A stretch of DNA of 64,000 bases from an uncultured Gemmatimonadales bacterium. Its GTDB lineage: Bacteria > Gemmatimonadota > Gemmatimonadetes > Gemmatimonadales > GWC2-71-9. The stretch spans positions 128,001 to 192,000 of the forward strand of contig CAWCVB010000002.1 of NCBI GenBank assembly GCA_963798915.1, given 5' to 3'. Within the stretch, counting starts at the first letter, position 1, and every line of letters starts with the position of its first letter. Position numbers and translations under genes: made by a program. This document shows positions 19,640-29,730 of the stretch, in pieces. The notes beneath the pieces were generated by a model. The model saw only the letters and a list, made by a program, of their open reading frames with translations, did no database searches and was not told the origin of the DNA.

Positions 19640-20092
19640 ATGATGCGCATTTGTTCTGGTGTCCTGGTTCTGATGTGTACGCTCACGCCAGCCCTCCACG
19701 CCCAGCAGGGTCCGCCGCCATCGGTCATGATTGCGCACACGACGCCCAAGGCCATTGGCGCGGCGATGCTGGAGGTGCTGCAACCCCAGAAATTCAAGGT
19801 CGCCAAGGCGAGCAAGGGTCGCATTGTCCTGTCGCAGAACCGCGGGAACGTGGCGCAGGCCACCGGCGAGGTGATGCGGGTGCGGCTCGAGATGGTGTTT
19901 GCCGTGGAGCAGGTGGGCGACAGTCTCAAGATCACTGCCACCAGTGAAACCTACTACGCTGACCGGGGCCCGATGGGGGAGCAGGCCCGGTCGGTGGACG
20001 TGAACAAGGAGCGGCAGAACTTCGAGTTGCTGCTGAATGCGACGAAGGAGAGGATCGAACACTCCTCGCCGGCCGATTCCGCCGGGACGTAA
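19640..20092 (+). CDS. Hypothetical secreted protein
   Basis: RBS GGAGG, signal peptide ending ALHA. Confidence 0.65.
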   Translation: MMRICSGVLVLMCTLTPALHAQQGPPPSVMIAHTTPKAIGAAMLEVLQPQKFKVAKASKGRIVLSQNRGNVAQATGEVMRVRLEMVFAVEQVGDSLKITATSETYYADRGPMGEQARSVDVNKERQNFELLLNATKERIEHSSPADSAGT

Positions 20093-20172
20093 GCGTAGCC
20101 CGGCAAGGCGACAGCGGCACAGGAATCTCGTTGGTGGGCAGGCCAACCTTCTGTCTCGTCAGGGGAAATCAC

Positions 20173-20613
20173 ATGCGTGCATTGGTCGCCGGACTTCTGG
20201 TAATCGGATTGGCCGGCCTGGCCGGCTGTGGCGGAGACAGCACCGGACCATCCAGCACGTCGATCGCCGGCACCTGGACCATGTCCATCAGCAACCTCTC
20301 GGCCAATGGTGTGACCTGCAACGCGAGCGGCATCACCATGACCCTGACCGCGAACGGTTCCGTCTTCACCGGCAACTACGGCGGCGTGCTGTCGTGCGGC
20401 CCGACCGGCGGGGTGCCCGACTCGGCGCCAGTGAGCGGCACGATCATCAATGGGGTCCGGAACGGCACCCAGGTGTCGTTCGACCTGGACACGTCGGACG
20501 CGCATCATACCGGGACCATCAGTGGCAACTCCATGAGCGGCACCGCGAGCTACCGGTTCAACTTTGGCAGCGGGCCGGTGGTGCTCAGCGGCTCGTGGGC
20601 CGCGGCCCGGTGA
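20173..20613 (+). CDS. Hypothetical lipoprotein (beta-rich)
   Basis: Lipobox LAGC; IAGTW...SGSW. Confidence 0.75.
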   Translation: MRALVAGLLVIGLAGLAGCGGDSTGPSSTSIAGTWTMSISNLSANGVTCNASGITMTLTANGSVFTGNYGGVLSCGPTGGVPDSAPVSGTIINGVRNGTQVSFDLDTSDAHHTGTISGNSMSGTASYRFNFGSGPVVLSGSWAAAR

Positions 20614-20635
20614 CCCCTCACTCAGGAGCATCATC

Positions 20636-21508
20636 GTGTTCTTCATTCTCTTTCTGCTGATCGCAGCTGGAGCGCTCATTGCGCGGCATATACTCAAGCC
20701 GGCCGACGAACCAGGCGCGAGAGCAAGCCTGCTCCTGATCGTGGGTGTCGCAGCGGGACTGCTGGCACTCGTCAACTGCTTTACCGTCATCCCGGCAGGT
20801 CACGTGGGCGTGGTGGATCTGTTCGGCACCGTGTCCGGGACGACCCTCAAGTCGGGGATCAATCTGGTCAACCCGTTGGCCAGAGTGGTCAAGATGTCGG
20901 TCAAGACCCAGGAAATGAAGGAAGTGATGGAGGTGCCGTCAAAGGAAGGCCTGACCGTCCAGCTGGAAATCAGCGTGTTGTACCACCTCAATCCGGAGAA
21001 GGCCGCAGATGTCTACCGGACGGTGGGGCAGAGTTATGAGTCGGTTCTGCTCGAGCCGCAGTTCCGCTCAGTCACCCGCGGCGTCACGGCCAGCTTCGAG
21101 GCCAAGGCCCTGTACACCTCTGAGCGCGAGCACCTCTCGAAGTTGATTGCCAACGAGATCGTGGCGGCGACCGCCCCACGCGGCATTACGGTCGAGGGCG
21201 CTCCGCTCCGCAAGGTGACGTTGCCGCCGGGCCTCTCCACCTCGATCGAGCAGAAGCTGCAGGCGGAGCAGGAGAGCCAGCGCATGCAATTCGTCCTGAC
21301 CAAGGAGAAGCAGGAAGCCGACCGGAAACGGATCGAGGCCGAGGGCATCTCGGATTTCCAGAAGATCGTGCAGCAGGGTATCTCCCAGCAGCTGCTGCAG
21401 TGGAAAGGCATCGAGGCCACTGAGAAGATCGCCTCATCGCCGAATACCAAGGTGATCATCGTGGGTGCGGGGCGGGATGGCCTGCCAGTAATTCTGGATA
21501 CGAAGTGA
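20636..21508 (+). CDS. Prohibitin/SPFH (band 7) family protein
   Basis: IPAGHVGVV..FG, VPSKEGL, KLQAEQESQRM, EADRKRIEAEG; GTG start after AGGAG. Confidence 0.92.
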   Translation: MFFILFLLIAAGALIARHILKPADEPGARASLLLIVGVAAGLLALVNCFTVIPAGHVGVVDLFGTVSGTTLKSGINLVNPLARVVKMSVKTQEMKEVMEVPSKEGLTVQLEISVLYHLNPEKAADVYRTVGQSYESVLLEPQFRSVTRGVTASFEAKALYTSEREHLSKLIANEIVAATAPRGITVEGAPLRKVTLPPGLSTSIEQKLQAEQESQRMQFVLTKEKQEADRKRIEAEGISDFQKIVQQGISQQLLQWKGIEATEKIASSPNTKVIIVGAGRDGLPVILDTK

Positions 21509-21587
21509 GTTGCCCCAGCGCGGGGCTCGGCAACAGCGCGCACGAAGGCACGAAAGCACGAAAGCACTGCATGATTGCGAGGCGTCC

Positions 21588-22085
21588 ATGAGTTACGACA
21601 TGGAGTTCCATGGGAAGTTTGCTATTCAACCGCCGCTCCGCCCCGAGCATGTGGCGTATCTTGGGGCCTTCAATCGGACTCGGCGCGTCAAGCGTGATCC
21701 CGAGCTCACCGCGCTCCGGGGCGATCCCATTCGAACGGCGGCCGGCCTGTCCATCGGTGAGGAAGGTGGATACTTCGTGGGCGAAACCGGAGCTTTCGGC
21801 GAGGACCGTGGCGCTGACGTGCTGGATGCAAATCGGCCGCCGGTCGGCCAGCCGGAACTCTGGTGCCATTGGGCTCCGACACCGGACGGATCAGCGATTG
21901 TCTGGGACGGACAGGAGAAGTTTTACGAGTACGAGCGATGGATCGCCTACTTGATAGGCCACTTTCTGGCGCCATGGGGATATCTGATCAACGGTAAGGT
22001 CGAGTGTCTCGGTGAAGATTGGTGCGAGCCGAGCGCACTCAGGGTCGAGGACAATCACGTGTTCTTTTGGGGAGCGGAGGTCTGA
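21588..22085 (+). CDS. Conserved hypothetical protein (type often seen in phage/viral genomes)
   Basis: MSYDMEFHGKF, RTRRVKRD, QPELWCHW, WDGQEKFYEY..W..YLI.HFL.PWGY..NG; family assignment is from recall only. Confidence 0.65.
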   Translation: MSYDMEFHGKFAIQPPLRPEHVAYLGAFNRTRRVKRDPELTALRGDPIRTAAGLSIGEEGGYFVGETGAFGEDRGADVLDANRPPVGQPELWCHWAPTPDGSAIVWDGQEKFYEYERWIAYLIGHFLAPWGYLINGKVECLGEDWCEPSALRVEDNHVFFWGAEV

Positions 22086-22152
22086 TGGCGTCCTGGTCGC
22101 GACTCGAAGACGAAGCGATCGATTCAGGATATGTTGCAATGAGGCAGTTGGC

Positions 22153-24150
22153 ATGACGCCTTCTGATCGAGAATTGCTTTCACGGGCATGGTACCATGCG
22201 GAGATAGCTCATTTCCTACGTGAAGATGCCAGCACTATTCTCGGGCACCTCGCCCGGCGGAGTGAGTTCGCAATCGAGCGGGAGCAAGGCGAGGCATGGT
22301 TCGAGGAAGTCGAACTGTTGAAGGCGGCGCTTCGCGAAATCGACGGTTATTTGCTGCTTGAATTTACAATTCCTCGGATGGGACGCCGCGTTGACGCTGT
22401 GGTGCTCAGCGGGTCAGCTATTCTCGTAATCGAATTCAAGATCGGTGCGACGGTATTTGAGAGGGCCGCGGTCGAACAGGTTTGGGACTATGCTCTTGAT
22501 CTGAAGTATTTTCATCGGGCCAGTCATGAGCGCCCCATCGTGCCGATCCTCGTTGCATCCCGGGCCCAGGCCAGTGAGGCTCCCCAGCTGATTGCCGATT
22601 CGGATCTTGTCTTCCGGCCTCTACTGCTTGCTGCGGCAGATCTATCCGTGGGTGTGATATCAGCCATAGGCGCCATTACGGGGACTCCGATTGATGCCCC
22701 AGCGTGGTTGGCGTCACCATACTTGCCGACGCCAACCATCGTGGAGGCGGCGCGAGCGCTATATGCACGGCATTCTGTTGAGGAAATAACCCGCTCGGAC
22801 GCTGGCGCGAAGAACCTGCTGGTCACAAGTCATCGAGTCGAAGAATTGCTCGACGCGGCACGCGCTTCTAACGAGAAGGTGATCTGCTTCGTCACCGGAG
22901 TTCCGGGCGCAGGAAAGACGCTTGTAGGGTTGAACGTGGCCACGCGCCGTGGAAAGCAAGATTTGCCGACCCATGCTGTCTTCCTGTCCGGCAATGGACC
23001 GTTGGTGGCAGTGCTGCGCGAAGCGCTGACGCGCGATGAGCTGGTCAGGAGGCGTCGGACTGGCGAAAAGACCAAGAAAGGGAAGGTCAAGAAGAGCGTG
23101 GAGGCATTCATTCAGAATGTCCATCACTTTCGGGATGATGCTCTCGCTGACGCGGCGCCTCCACCGGAGCATGTCGCCATCTTCGACGAGGCACAGCGCG
23201 CTTGGAATCTGAACCAGACCGCCAACTTCATGAGACGACGAAAGCACCAGCCACATTTTGACAGATCAGAGCCGGAGTTCCTGCTCGAGTATATGGACAG
23301 GCACCTCGATTGGGCTGTGGTAGTGTGCCTCGTTGGCGGCGGCCAGGAAATCAATACAGGTGAGGCGGGTATCGGCGAGTGGATACAGGCGGTGGAGCGA
23401 CGGTGTCCACACTGGAAGATGTACATCTCGCCACGCCTGAGTGACTCTGAGTATCAGGCAGCAGGGTCTCTGACCGAAAGTCGGTCATCGATCGTGCCAC
23501 AATTGGATCAGCGGCTACACCTATCGGTCTCGATGCGGTCATTCCGGGCCGAGCGCCTGTCTGATTTCGTCAAGGCAGTGCTGGATTGCGAGACTGGTAG
23601 GGCGCGCACGCTTCTCGAAAACCTGGCCGGCCGTTACCCGATCGTGCTCACCAGAAATCTTGATACGGCTCGGCGGTGGCTCCGGGCTCGAGCAAGAGGC
23701 TCCGAGCGCTTTGGTATTGTGGCCTCCTCCAAGGCGATGCGGCTCAAGCCCCACGCGATCGATATTCGTGTAGCTATCGACCCGGTCCATTGGTTCTTGG
23801 ACGACCAGCACGACACGAGATCGAGCTACTACCTCGAGGATGCTGCTACTGAGTTCCAGGTCCAAGGGCTCGAATTGGATTGGAGCTGCGTTACATGGGA
23901 CGGCGACCTGCGGTACGGTGGCTCGGGATGGGCATTCCACGACTTCCGTGGTAGTCGATGGCAACGAATTGTGAAAGCGGAAAACCGAGCCTATCTGCGA
24001 AATGCTTATCGGGTATTGCTAACCCGCGCCCGCCAGGGAATGGTGATGTTTGTTCCCGAAGGGGTCCAGGAAGACCCGACTCGACGGCCAGAATTCTACG
24101 ATCACACCTACTCCTATCTTCGTGACCTCGGTATCGCCAGCATCGACTAG
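22153..24150 (+). CDS. DUF2075 (Schlafen-type SF1 helicase) protein with N-terminal PD-(D/E)xK nuclease-like domain
   Basis: LEF...RRVDAVV....LVIEFK; Walker A GVPGAGKT; FDEAQRAW; QGLELD; YRVLLTRARQG. Confidence 0.88.
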   Translation: MTPSDRELLSRAWYHAEIAHFLREDASTILGHLARRSEFAIEREQGEAWFEEVELLKAALREIDGYLLLEFTIPRMGRRVDAVVLSGSAILVIEFKIGATVFERAAVEQVWDYALDLKYFHRASHERPIVPILVASRAQASEAPQLIADSDLVFRPLLLAAADLSVGVISAIGAITGTPIDAPAWLASPYLPTPTIVEAARALYARHSVEEITRSDAGAKNLLVTSHRVEELLDAARASNEKVICFVTGVPGAGKTLVGLNVATRRGKQDLPTHAVFLSGNGPLVAVLREALTRDELVRRRRTGEKTKKGKVKKSVEAFIQNVHHFRDDALADAAPPPEHVAIFDEAQRAWNLNQTANFMRRRKHQPHFDRSEPEFLLEYMDRHLDWAVVVCLVGGGQEINTGEAGIGEWIQAVERRCPHWKMYISPRLSDSEYQAAGSLTESRSSIVPQLDQRLHLSVSMRSFRAERLSDFVKAVLDCETGRARTLLENLAGRYPIVLTRNLDTARRWLRARARGSERFGIVASSKAMRLKPHAIDIRVAIDPVHWFLDDQHDTRSSYYLEDAATEFQVQGLELDWSCVTWDGDLRYGGSGWAFHDFRGSRWQRIVKAENRAYLRNAYRVLLTRARQGMVMFVPEGVQEDPTRRPEFYDHTYSYLRDLGIASID

Positions 24151-24715
24151 GGCCCGGCTGGTCGCTCCTGCGAAGCGACGACCCGGACGCCCAAGCCGGT
24201 ATGCTAGAGGCATTAACTGTCAGTCGGATTCACGAGCATTGCCGCTCTACTCGCTACGACTCCACCCGCAGTCATCGATGCCCTCTTCTGAACCTCGTTT
24301 CTACTGTGCTTGCCAAACTCCATCAACGATGCTTCCGGCCGGCGGTCAATTTCCTGGGGGAATCCATTGTTGTTTTGTCTGTTGGCTTGCCCTCCCGTCA
24401 CATCGAATTCCGGCGCGCGGGCTAGTGGGGATTGCGGGGTGGTCCATCGTGGAGGTCGCGAGCAGCGCATACTCCGCCGCCGGACCGCGTTTACCACATG
24501 TGGTTTGGCCTGCCGGATCAGGCGCTACTCGAGTCGCGGGGTGAGTTTGGTCTGTATGGCTGGATCCTGATATACAATGTGAGCATGCGATGCACGTCAA
24601 GCGGAGTGCTCGGGCAGCAGGCGCCTGATCGCGCGCCGCGCGTTTCACCCGCATGTCCGCTGACGGACGACTGGCCTATTTTCATTTGACCATCAACCCC
24701 TAACCCCTGATCCCC

Positions 24716-26176
24716 ATGACCGACGACCTCTCGCCCACCCTCGATCCCTCCTCCTGGCCCGCCCTCCGTGCCCTCGGCCACCGCATGGTGGACGAGATGA
24801 TGGAGTATCTCGAAACCCTGCGCGAGCGGCCGGCCTGGCAACCGATGCCGGACCGGGTGCGCGCAAGCTTCGGCGGCCCAGCGCCCCGCGAGCCCGAGGG
24901 CGCCGAGCAGGCGTATGCCGATTTCGTCCGGAATGTGCTGCCCTATCCCACCGGCAATATCCATCCGCGCTTCTGGGGCTGGGTGATGGGCAACGGCACA
25001 CCGCTCGGCGCCCTGACCGAAATGCTGGCGGCCACCATGAATCCCAACGTGGGCGGCGCCGACCATGCCGCCAATCTGGTCGAGGCGCAGGTGATCGAGT
25101 GGTGCAAGGAGATGACCGGCTTCGATGCCAAGGCCTCCGGAATTCTGGTTTCCGGCGGTTCGATGGCGAATCTCGTGGCACTCACGGTGGCGCGGAATGC
25201 CAAGGCCGGATTTGATATCCGGCGGCTCGGCGTCTCGGCGGCGCGACGGCCGCTCGTCGCTTGGTACGCCTCGACCGAGACGCACAGCTCGGTGCAGAAG
25301 GCCGTGGAACTCATGGGACTGGGTGATGAGTCGTTCCGCCGCATGCCTGTGAATGACCAGTATGAGATTGACGTCGCTGCGCTCGCAGCGGCGATCGCTG
25401 CCGACCGTGCCGCCGGCTGCCAGCCGTTCTGCGTGGTCGGGAACGCCGGCACCGTGAACACCGGTGCCATTGATGACCTCGAGGCGCTGGCAGCGCTCTG
25501 CAAGCGCGAACAGCTGTGGTTCCACGTGGATGGCGCCTTCGGCGCGCTTGGCGCGCTGGTACCGGAATACCACGAGCGGCTTCGCGGGATGGACCAGGCC
25601 GATTCGCTGGCATTCGATCTGCACAAGTGGATGTACATGCCGTACGAAGTGGGCTGCGTTCTGGTGCGACATCCCGATGCACACCGCGATACGTTCTCGC
25701 TCACACCCGGCTATCTCACCCATGCCACCCGCGGTACCGCGGCGGGCGACGTCTGGTTTTCTGAGCTTGGTCCCCAGCTGAGCCGGGGGTTCCGGGCACT
25801 CAAGGTGTGGATGAACATCAAGGCCTATGGGCTCGATACCTTCGCGACGCTGATCCGAGAGAATATCGAACAGGCGCGCTACCTCGGCTCGTTGGTGGAC
25901 GCGCATCCCGAGCTGGAACTCCTCGCGCCCGTGCCGCTCAACATTGTCTGCCTTCGGTATGTGGTACCGGGCTGGAGCGACGAACAGCTCAATGCGCTCA
26001 ATGCCGAGCTGCTGATTCGACTGCAGGAAAGCGGCGTCGCCGTCCCGTCTAATGGCATGCTGAATGGCCGCTATGCCATCCGAGTGGCCAACACCAACTA
26101 CCGCAGCCGGCGTGAGGACTTTGACCTCCTGGCGGCGGAAACGGTGCGGATTGGCAGGGAACTGGCGGGCGGGTAA
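24716..26176 (+). CDS. PLP-dependent group II (aromatic amino acid-type) decarboxylase
   Basis: HPRFWGW, SGGSMAN, HSSVQKA, AGTVNTGAID, WFHVDGAFG, DLHKW. Confidence 0.93.
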   Translation: MTDDLSPTLDPSSWPALRALGHRMVDEMMEYLETLRERPAWQPMPDRVRASFGGPAPREPEGAEQAYADFVRNVLPYPTGNIHPRFWGWVMGNGTPLGALTEMLAATMNPNVGGADHAANLVEAQVIEWCKEMTGFDAKASGILVSGGSMANLVALTVARNAKAGFDIRRLGVSAARRPLVAWYASTETHSSVQKAVELMGLGDESFRRMPVNDQYEIDVAALAAAIAADRAAGCQPFCVVGNAGTVNTGAIDDLEALAALCKREQLWFHVDGAFGALGALVPEYHERLRGMDQADSLAFDLHKWMYMPYEVGCVLVRHPDAHRDTFSLTPGYLTHATRGTAAGDVWFSELGPQLSRGFRALKVWMNIKAYGLDTFATLIRENIEQARYLGSLVDAHPELELLAPVPLNIVCLRYVVPGWSDEQLNALNAELLIRLQESGVAVPSNGMLNGRYAIRVANTNYRSRREDFDLLAAETVRIGRELAGG

Positions 26177-26253
26177 GCGGTCGCGGGTCATCGGTCGTCA
26201 ACGATTAAGCGTGTCATCTTGCTCGGGATGAGGAATCGGCGAGCTTTTGTCCA

Positions 26254-26333
26254 GCCGTCTCGCCGTCTCGCCGTCTCGCCGTCTCGCCGTCTCCCGTCTT
26301 CGCCGCTCTTCCCGTCTTCCCGTCTTCCCGTCA
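26254..26333. repeat. GCCGTCTC / CCCGTCTT octamer arrays
   Basis: Direct tandem copies; related array at 32638-32668. Confidence 0.8.
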
Positions 26334-26367
26334 TATTCCATGCTTCACCCCGACAACCCGGACAACC

Positions 26368-29343
26368 ATGTCGATCGCGGCCCGTACCTGCCCGTCGTGC
26401 CATACGTCCTTGCCCGACGAGGCGCAGTTCTGCATGCAGTGTGGCAAGGCCACGCCCACCGAGCCGGGCGTGCCACAACGCACCATGCCCACCGGCGAGT
26501 TCGAAGTTGCCAAGGTGCGCCGGGTGCTGGCCGACCGGTATCGGGTCGATCGGGTGATCGGCGAGGGCGGGATGGCCACGGTGTACCTCGCCGAGGACCT
26601 CAAGCACAAGCGCCAGGTGGCGGTGAAGGTGATGCGACCGGAGCTGGCGGCGACGCTGGGCTCCGAGCGCTTCCTGCGCGAGGTGGAGATCGCGGCCCAG
26701 CTCAATCATCCGAATATCCTGCCGATGTTTGATTCCGGCACGGTGGTCGACAGTCAACAGTCGACCGTCGACAGTCGGCCGTCGACTATCCTCTATTACG
26801 TGATGCCCTTTGTCGAGGGCGAGTCGCTCGCGAGCCGCCTCAGCCGGGAAGGCGAGCTGCCGGTGCCGGTGGCGCTGCAGCTGGCGCGGGAAGTGGCCGA
26901 GGCGCTGGGCTACGCCCATAAGCGCGGCATCATCCACCGCGACATCAAGCCAGCCAACATTCTGCTGCATGAAGGTCATGCACTCGTGGCGGATTTCGGC
27001 ATTGCGCGCGCGCTCGACGCCGAAGGCGAGGCGATCACCCGGACCGGACTTGCCATCGGTACCCCGCAGTACATGAGCCCGGAGCAGTCCACCGGCGACA
27101 AGACCGTGGATGCGCGGACTGACATCTACGCGCTGGGTGCGGTGCTCTACGAGATGCTGACCGGCGAGCCACCCTTCACCGGGCGAAGCCCGCAGGCCGT
27201 GGTGGCTCGCAGCCTGACCGAGCGCCCGAGACCGATTGCCGCCACCCGGGAAGGACTCCAGCCCGGCATCGAGGAAGTCGTTGCCAGGTCACTGGCCCGG
27301 AGTGCGGCCGATCGTTTTCCGACGGCATCGGCATTTGCCGACTCGCTCTCCTCACTGGTGACGGGAGCCCGCGTCCTGCCAGCGGGATCTGTCGAGCCGG
27401 CTTCGTCGCCCAGGTTGTGGATCACCCTTGGCGTGGCGGCTATGCTTGCACTCGGTGCCGTCACGTTCATGGCCGGTCGCTGGGGCCTCCCAAGCTGGGC
27501 GCTGGGCGCAGCCATCGCCCTGGGCGCAGCGGGTGGCGCCATGCTGATCCTGACGGCGGCCGCCGAGAAGCGCCGCCGGGCCGGCACGCCGCCCAGGGGA
27601 CCTGGTGCCTACCTCACTTGGCGCAACGCAGGCATCGGCGGCATCGCTGCCGTCATCGCCTGGGCGCTGATGGCGGGCATCGCCTCTGCCGGCCGCGTGA
27701 AGCCGCTTGCAACGGGCCCGTCCATGACGCATGTGGCCGTCCTGCCCTTCCAGAACCAGGGCGACTCGGCCAACAACTACATCGTGGACGGCATCACCGA
27801 CGAAGTGCGCGGCAAGCTGTCGCAGGTGAACGGGCTCACGGTCATTGCCAATGCCAGTTCGTCGCAGTACCGCGGTTCGCGCGTGCCGCCGGCGCAGATC
27901 GCCGGTGAACTCGGTGCGCAGTACCTGCTGATGGGCCGGGTGCGCTGGGCCGGGGGCGCGGCGTCCGCCTCGAGCCGGCTGCAACTGGTGGCCGAACTGG
28001 TCAATGGGACCACCGGTGCGACCGACTGGCAGCAGACCTTCGATGCCGACCTGACCGACGTCTTCGCCGTGCAGGGACAGGTGGCTACCCGGGTGGCGGG
28101 CGCGCTGGGCGCCCAGCTTGGCGCGCGCGAGACGGCCGACCTCGGCAAGCGTCCAACCGAGAACCCTGCAGCGTGGGATGCGTACCTCAAGGGCCGGTCA
28201 TTCACCGGTGGAGATCCCGTCACGCTTCGACAGGCGCTGGACAACTTCGAGCAGTCGGTGGCCCTGGACTCCGGGTTTGTCGACGCCTGGGCGGGCCTCG
28301 CGACCGCCGCGACCCGGCTCTATTCGAATGGCGCCCGGGACCCCGCCGTGGCACGGCGAGCCAGAGAGTCTGTCGACCACGCGCTCCGTCTTGGGCCCGA
28401 GAATGCCGCCGCGGCGGCGGCGGCGGCACTGTACTACAACGGTATTGGGCGCGATCCCGCGAAGAGCGCGGCCTCCATCGAACGCGCCATGCAGCTGGCG
28501 CCGAACGATCCCGAAATCCTGCGGGCCGCAGCTCGGACTGATGTCAACGATGGCAACTATGAGAGGGCGACCGGACGTCTCGAGCGGGCACGGGAGCTCG
28601 ATCCCCGGAATGCGGCCGTACTCAATGCGCTTAGCACCGACTATCTCTTTATCGGACGCCTGCAGGAAGCGGAAGAGGTCGGCAACGCCGTGATTGCGCT
28701 CGAACCGGAGAACCTCGGCCATTACCAGCTCCTGGTCAAGATCAAGCTCGCGCAGGGTGACCTCGACGGCGCACGGGCCGCTGCCACGCGTGCCACGGCC
28801 CGTGTCTCACCACCCGTGGTCGCGGCCTACCTTGCCGGCTTTGAAGAACTCACATTTGTACTCGATCCTTCCACGCAGGTGCTGGTCGGCCGGCTCACAC
28901 CGTCGGCATTCGACGGAGATCGCGCCTGGTGGGGCCAGTCACTGGCCACCTACTATTGGGATGAAGGTCAGCGCGAGTTGGCGAAGGCCTATGCTGACTC
29001 CTCCCTCGAGACGGGACTGGCACAGGTACAGCAGGCGCCGAATGACCCATCGCTGCTAGTCCTGTATGGCGTGGCACTCGCACATGCGGGAAAGGCTGAC
29101 TCCGCCGTGGCTACGGGCCGCCGAGCCATTGCCATGTATCGCTCCGATGCCTCCGCCTCCCTGGCCTATGACCGGCTGCAGCTGGTCCGCATTTATCTCG
29201 CAGCCGGGCGGCTGAACGAGGCTCTCGACGCCCTGGAAGAGCTCCGGAAGCAGCCGACTCCGGTCACGCCGGGCTGGATGAAGCTCGATCCGATGTTCGC
29301 GCCGCTGAAGGGGAATGCGAGATTCGGGAAGATGGTGAACTGA
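26368..29343 (+). CDS. Hanks-type Ser/Thr kinase with zinc ribbon, TM helices, TolB_N-like and TPR domains
   Basis: CPSC..FCMQCG; GEGGMATVY, VAVK, HRDIKPAN, DFG, GTPQYMSPEQ; VAVLPFQN; TPR-like helices; DPMFAPLKGNARF tail. Confidence 0.93.
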   Translation: MSIAARTCPSCHTSLPDEAQFCMQCGKATPTEPGVPQRTMPTGEFEVAKVRRVLADRYRVDRVIGEGGMATVYLAEDLKHKRQVAVKVMRPELAATLGSERFLREVEIAAQLNHPNILPMFDSGTVVDSQQSTVDSRPSTILYYVMPFVEGESLASRLSREGELPVPVALQLAREVAEALGYAHKRGIIHRDIKPANILLHEGHALVADFGIARALDAEGEAITRTGLAIGTPQYMSPEQSTGDKTVDARTDIYALGAVLYEMLTGEPPFTGRSPQAVVARSLTERPRPIAATREGLQPGIEEVVARSLARSAADRFPTASAFADSLSSLVTGARVLPAGSVEPASSPRLWITLGVAAMLALGAVTFMAGRWGLPSWALGAAIALGAAGGAMLILTAAAEKRRRAGTPPRGPGAYLTWRNAGIGGIAAVIAWALMAGIASAGRVKPLATGPSMTHVAVLPFQNQGDSANNYIVDGITDEVRGKLSQVNGLTVIANASSSQYRGSRVPPAQIAGELGAQYLLMGRVRWAGGAASASSRLQLVAELVNGTTGATDWQQTFDADLTDVFAVQGQVATRVAGALGAQLGARETADLGKRPTENPAAWDAYLKGRSFTGGDPVTLRQALDNFEQSVALDSGFVDAWAGLATAATRLYSNGARDPAVARRARESVDHALRLGPENAAAAAAAALYYNGIGRDPAKSAASIERAMQLAPNDPEILRAAARTDVNDGNYERATGRLERARELDPRNAAVLNALSTDYLFIGRLQEAEEVGNAVIALEPENLGHYQLLVKIKLAQGDLDGARAAATRATARVSPPVVAAYLAGFEELTFVLDPSTQVLVGRLTPSAFDGDRAWWGQSLATYYWDEGQRELAKAYADSSLETGLAQVQQAPNDPSLLVLYGVALAHAGKADSAVATGRRAIAMYRSDASASLAYDRLQLVRIYLAAGRLNEALDALEELRKQPTPVTPGWMKLDPMFAPLKGNARFGKMVN

Positions 29344-29520
29344 GACGGACGGGGCGGACAGGAAGGACTGGCGGACAGGTCGGACGTGAGGCTGGCGCGG
29401 GACCTGATCGGTTCGCTCAAGAAATCATTTGGCGAGCAGGAATTCCGCGACGATTACCGCTCGGCGGCAGGACGTGAGGCAAGGGCAGACAGGCTACGGT
29501 CGTCGGACGTCAGGCGACCC

Positions 29521-29620
29521 GATTGCTTCGGCTGCTTCGCACCCTCGCAATGACGCGTGCCTCGCGTCGACCGTTGTCTGTCGACCGTTGACTGTCGACC
29601 GTTGACTGTTGACCGTCGAC
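29521..29620. repeat. CGTC-type REP element plus GTCGACC/GTTGACT heptamer array
   Basis: Reverse strand CGTCATTGCGAGGGTGCGAAGCAGCCGAAGCAATC, then about 7 heptamers. Confidence 0.75.
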
Positions 29621-29730
29621 CCCTGCCCGCCCTGCCCGCCTGGCCCCTCCTGCCTCTCGTGACGCGCCGCACGGTTACCCTGTTCCATTGCCCCTATCTT
29701 TCCCGTAACCCCTTGGGAAGAAAGGGGGAT

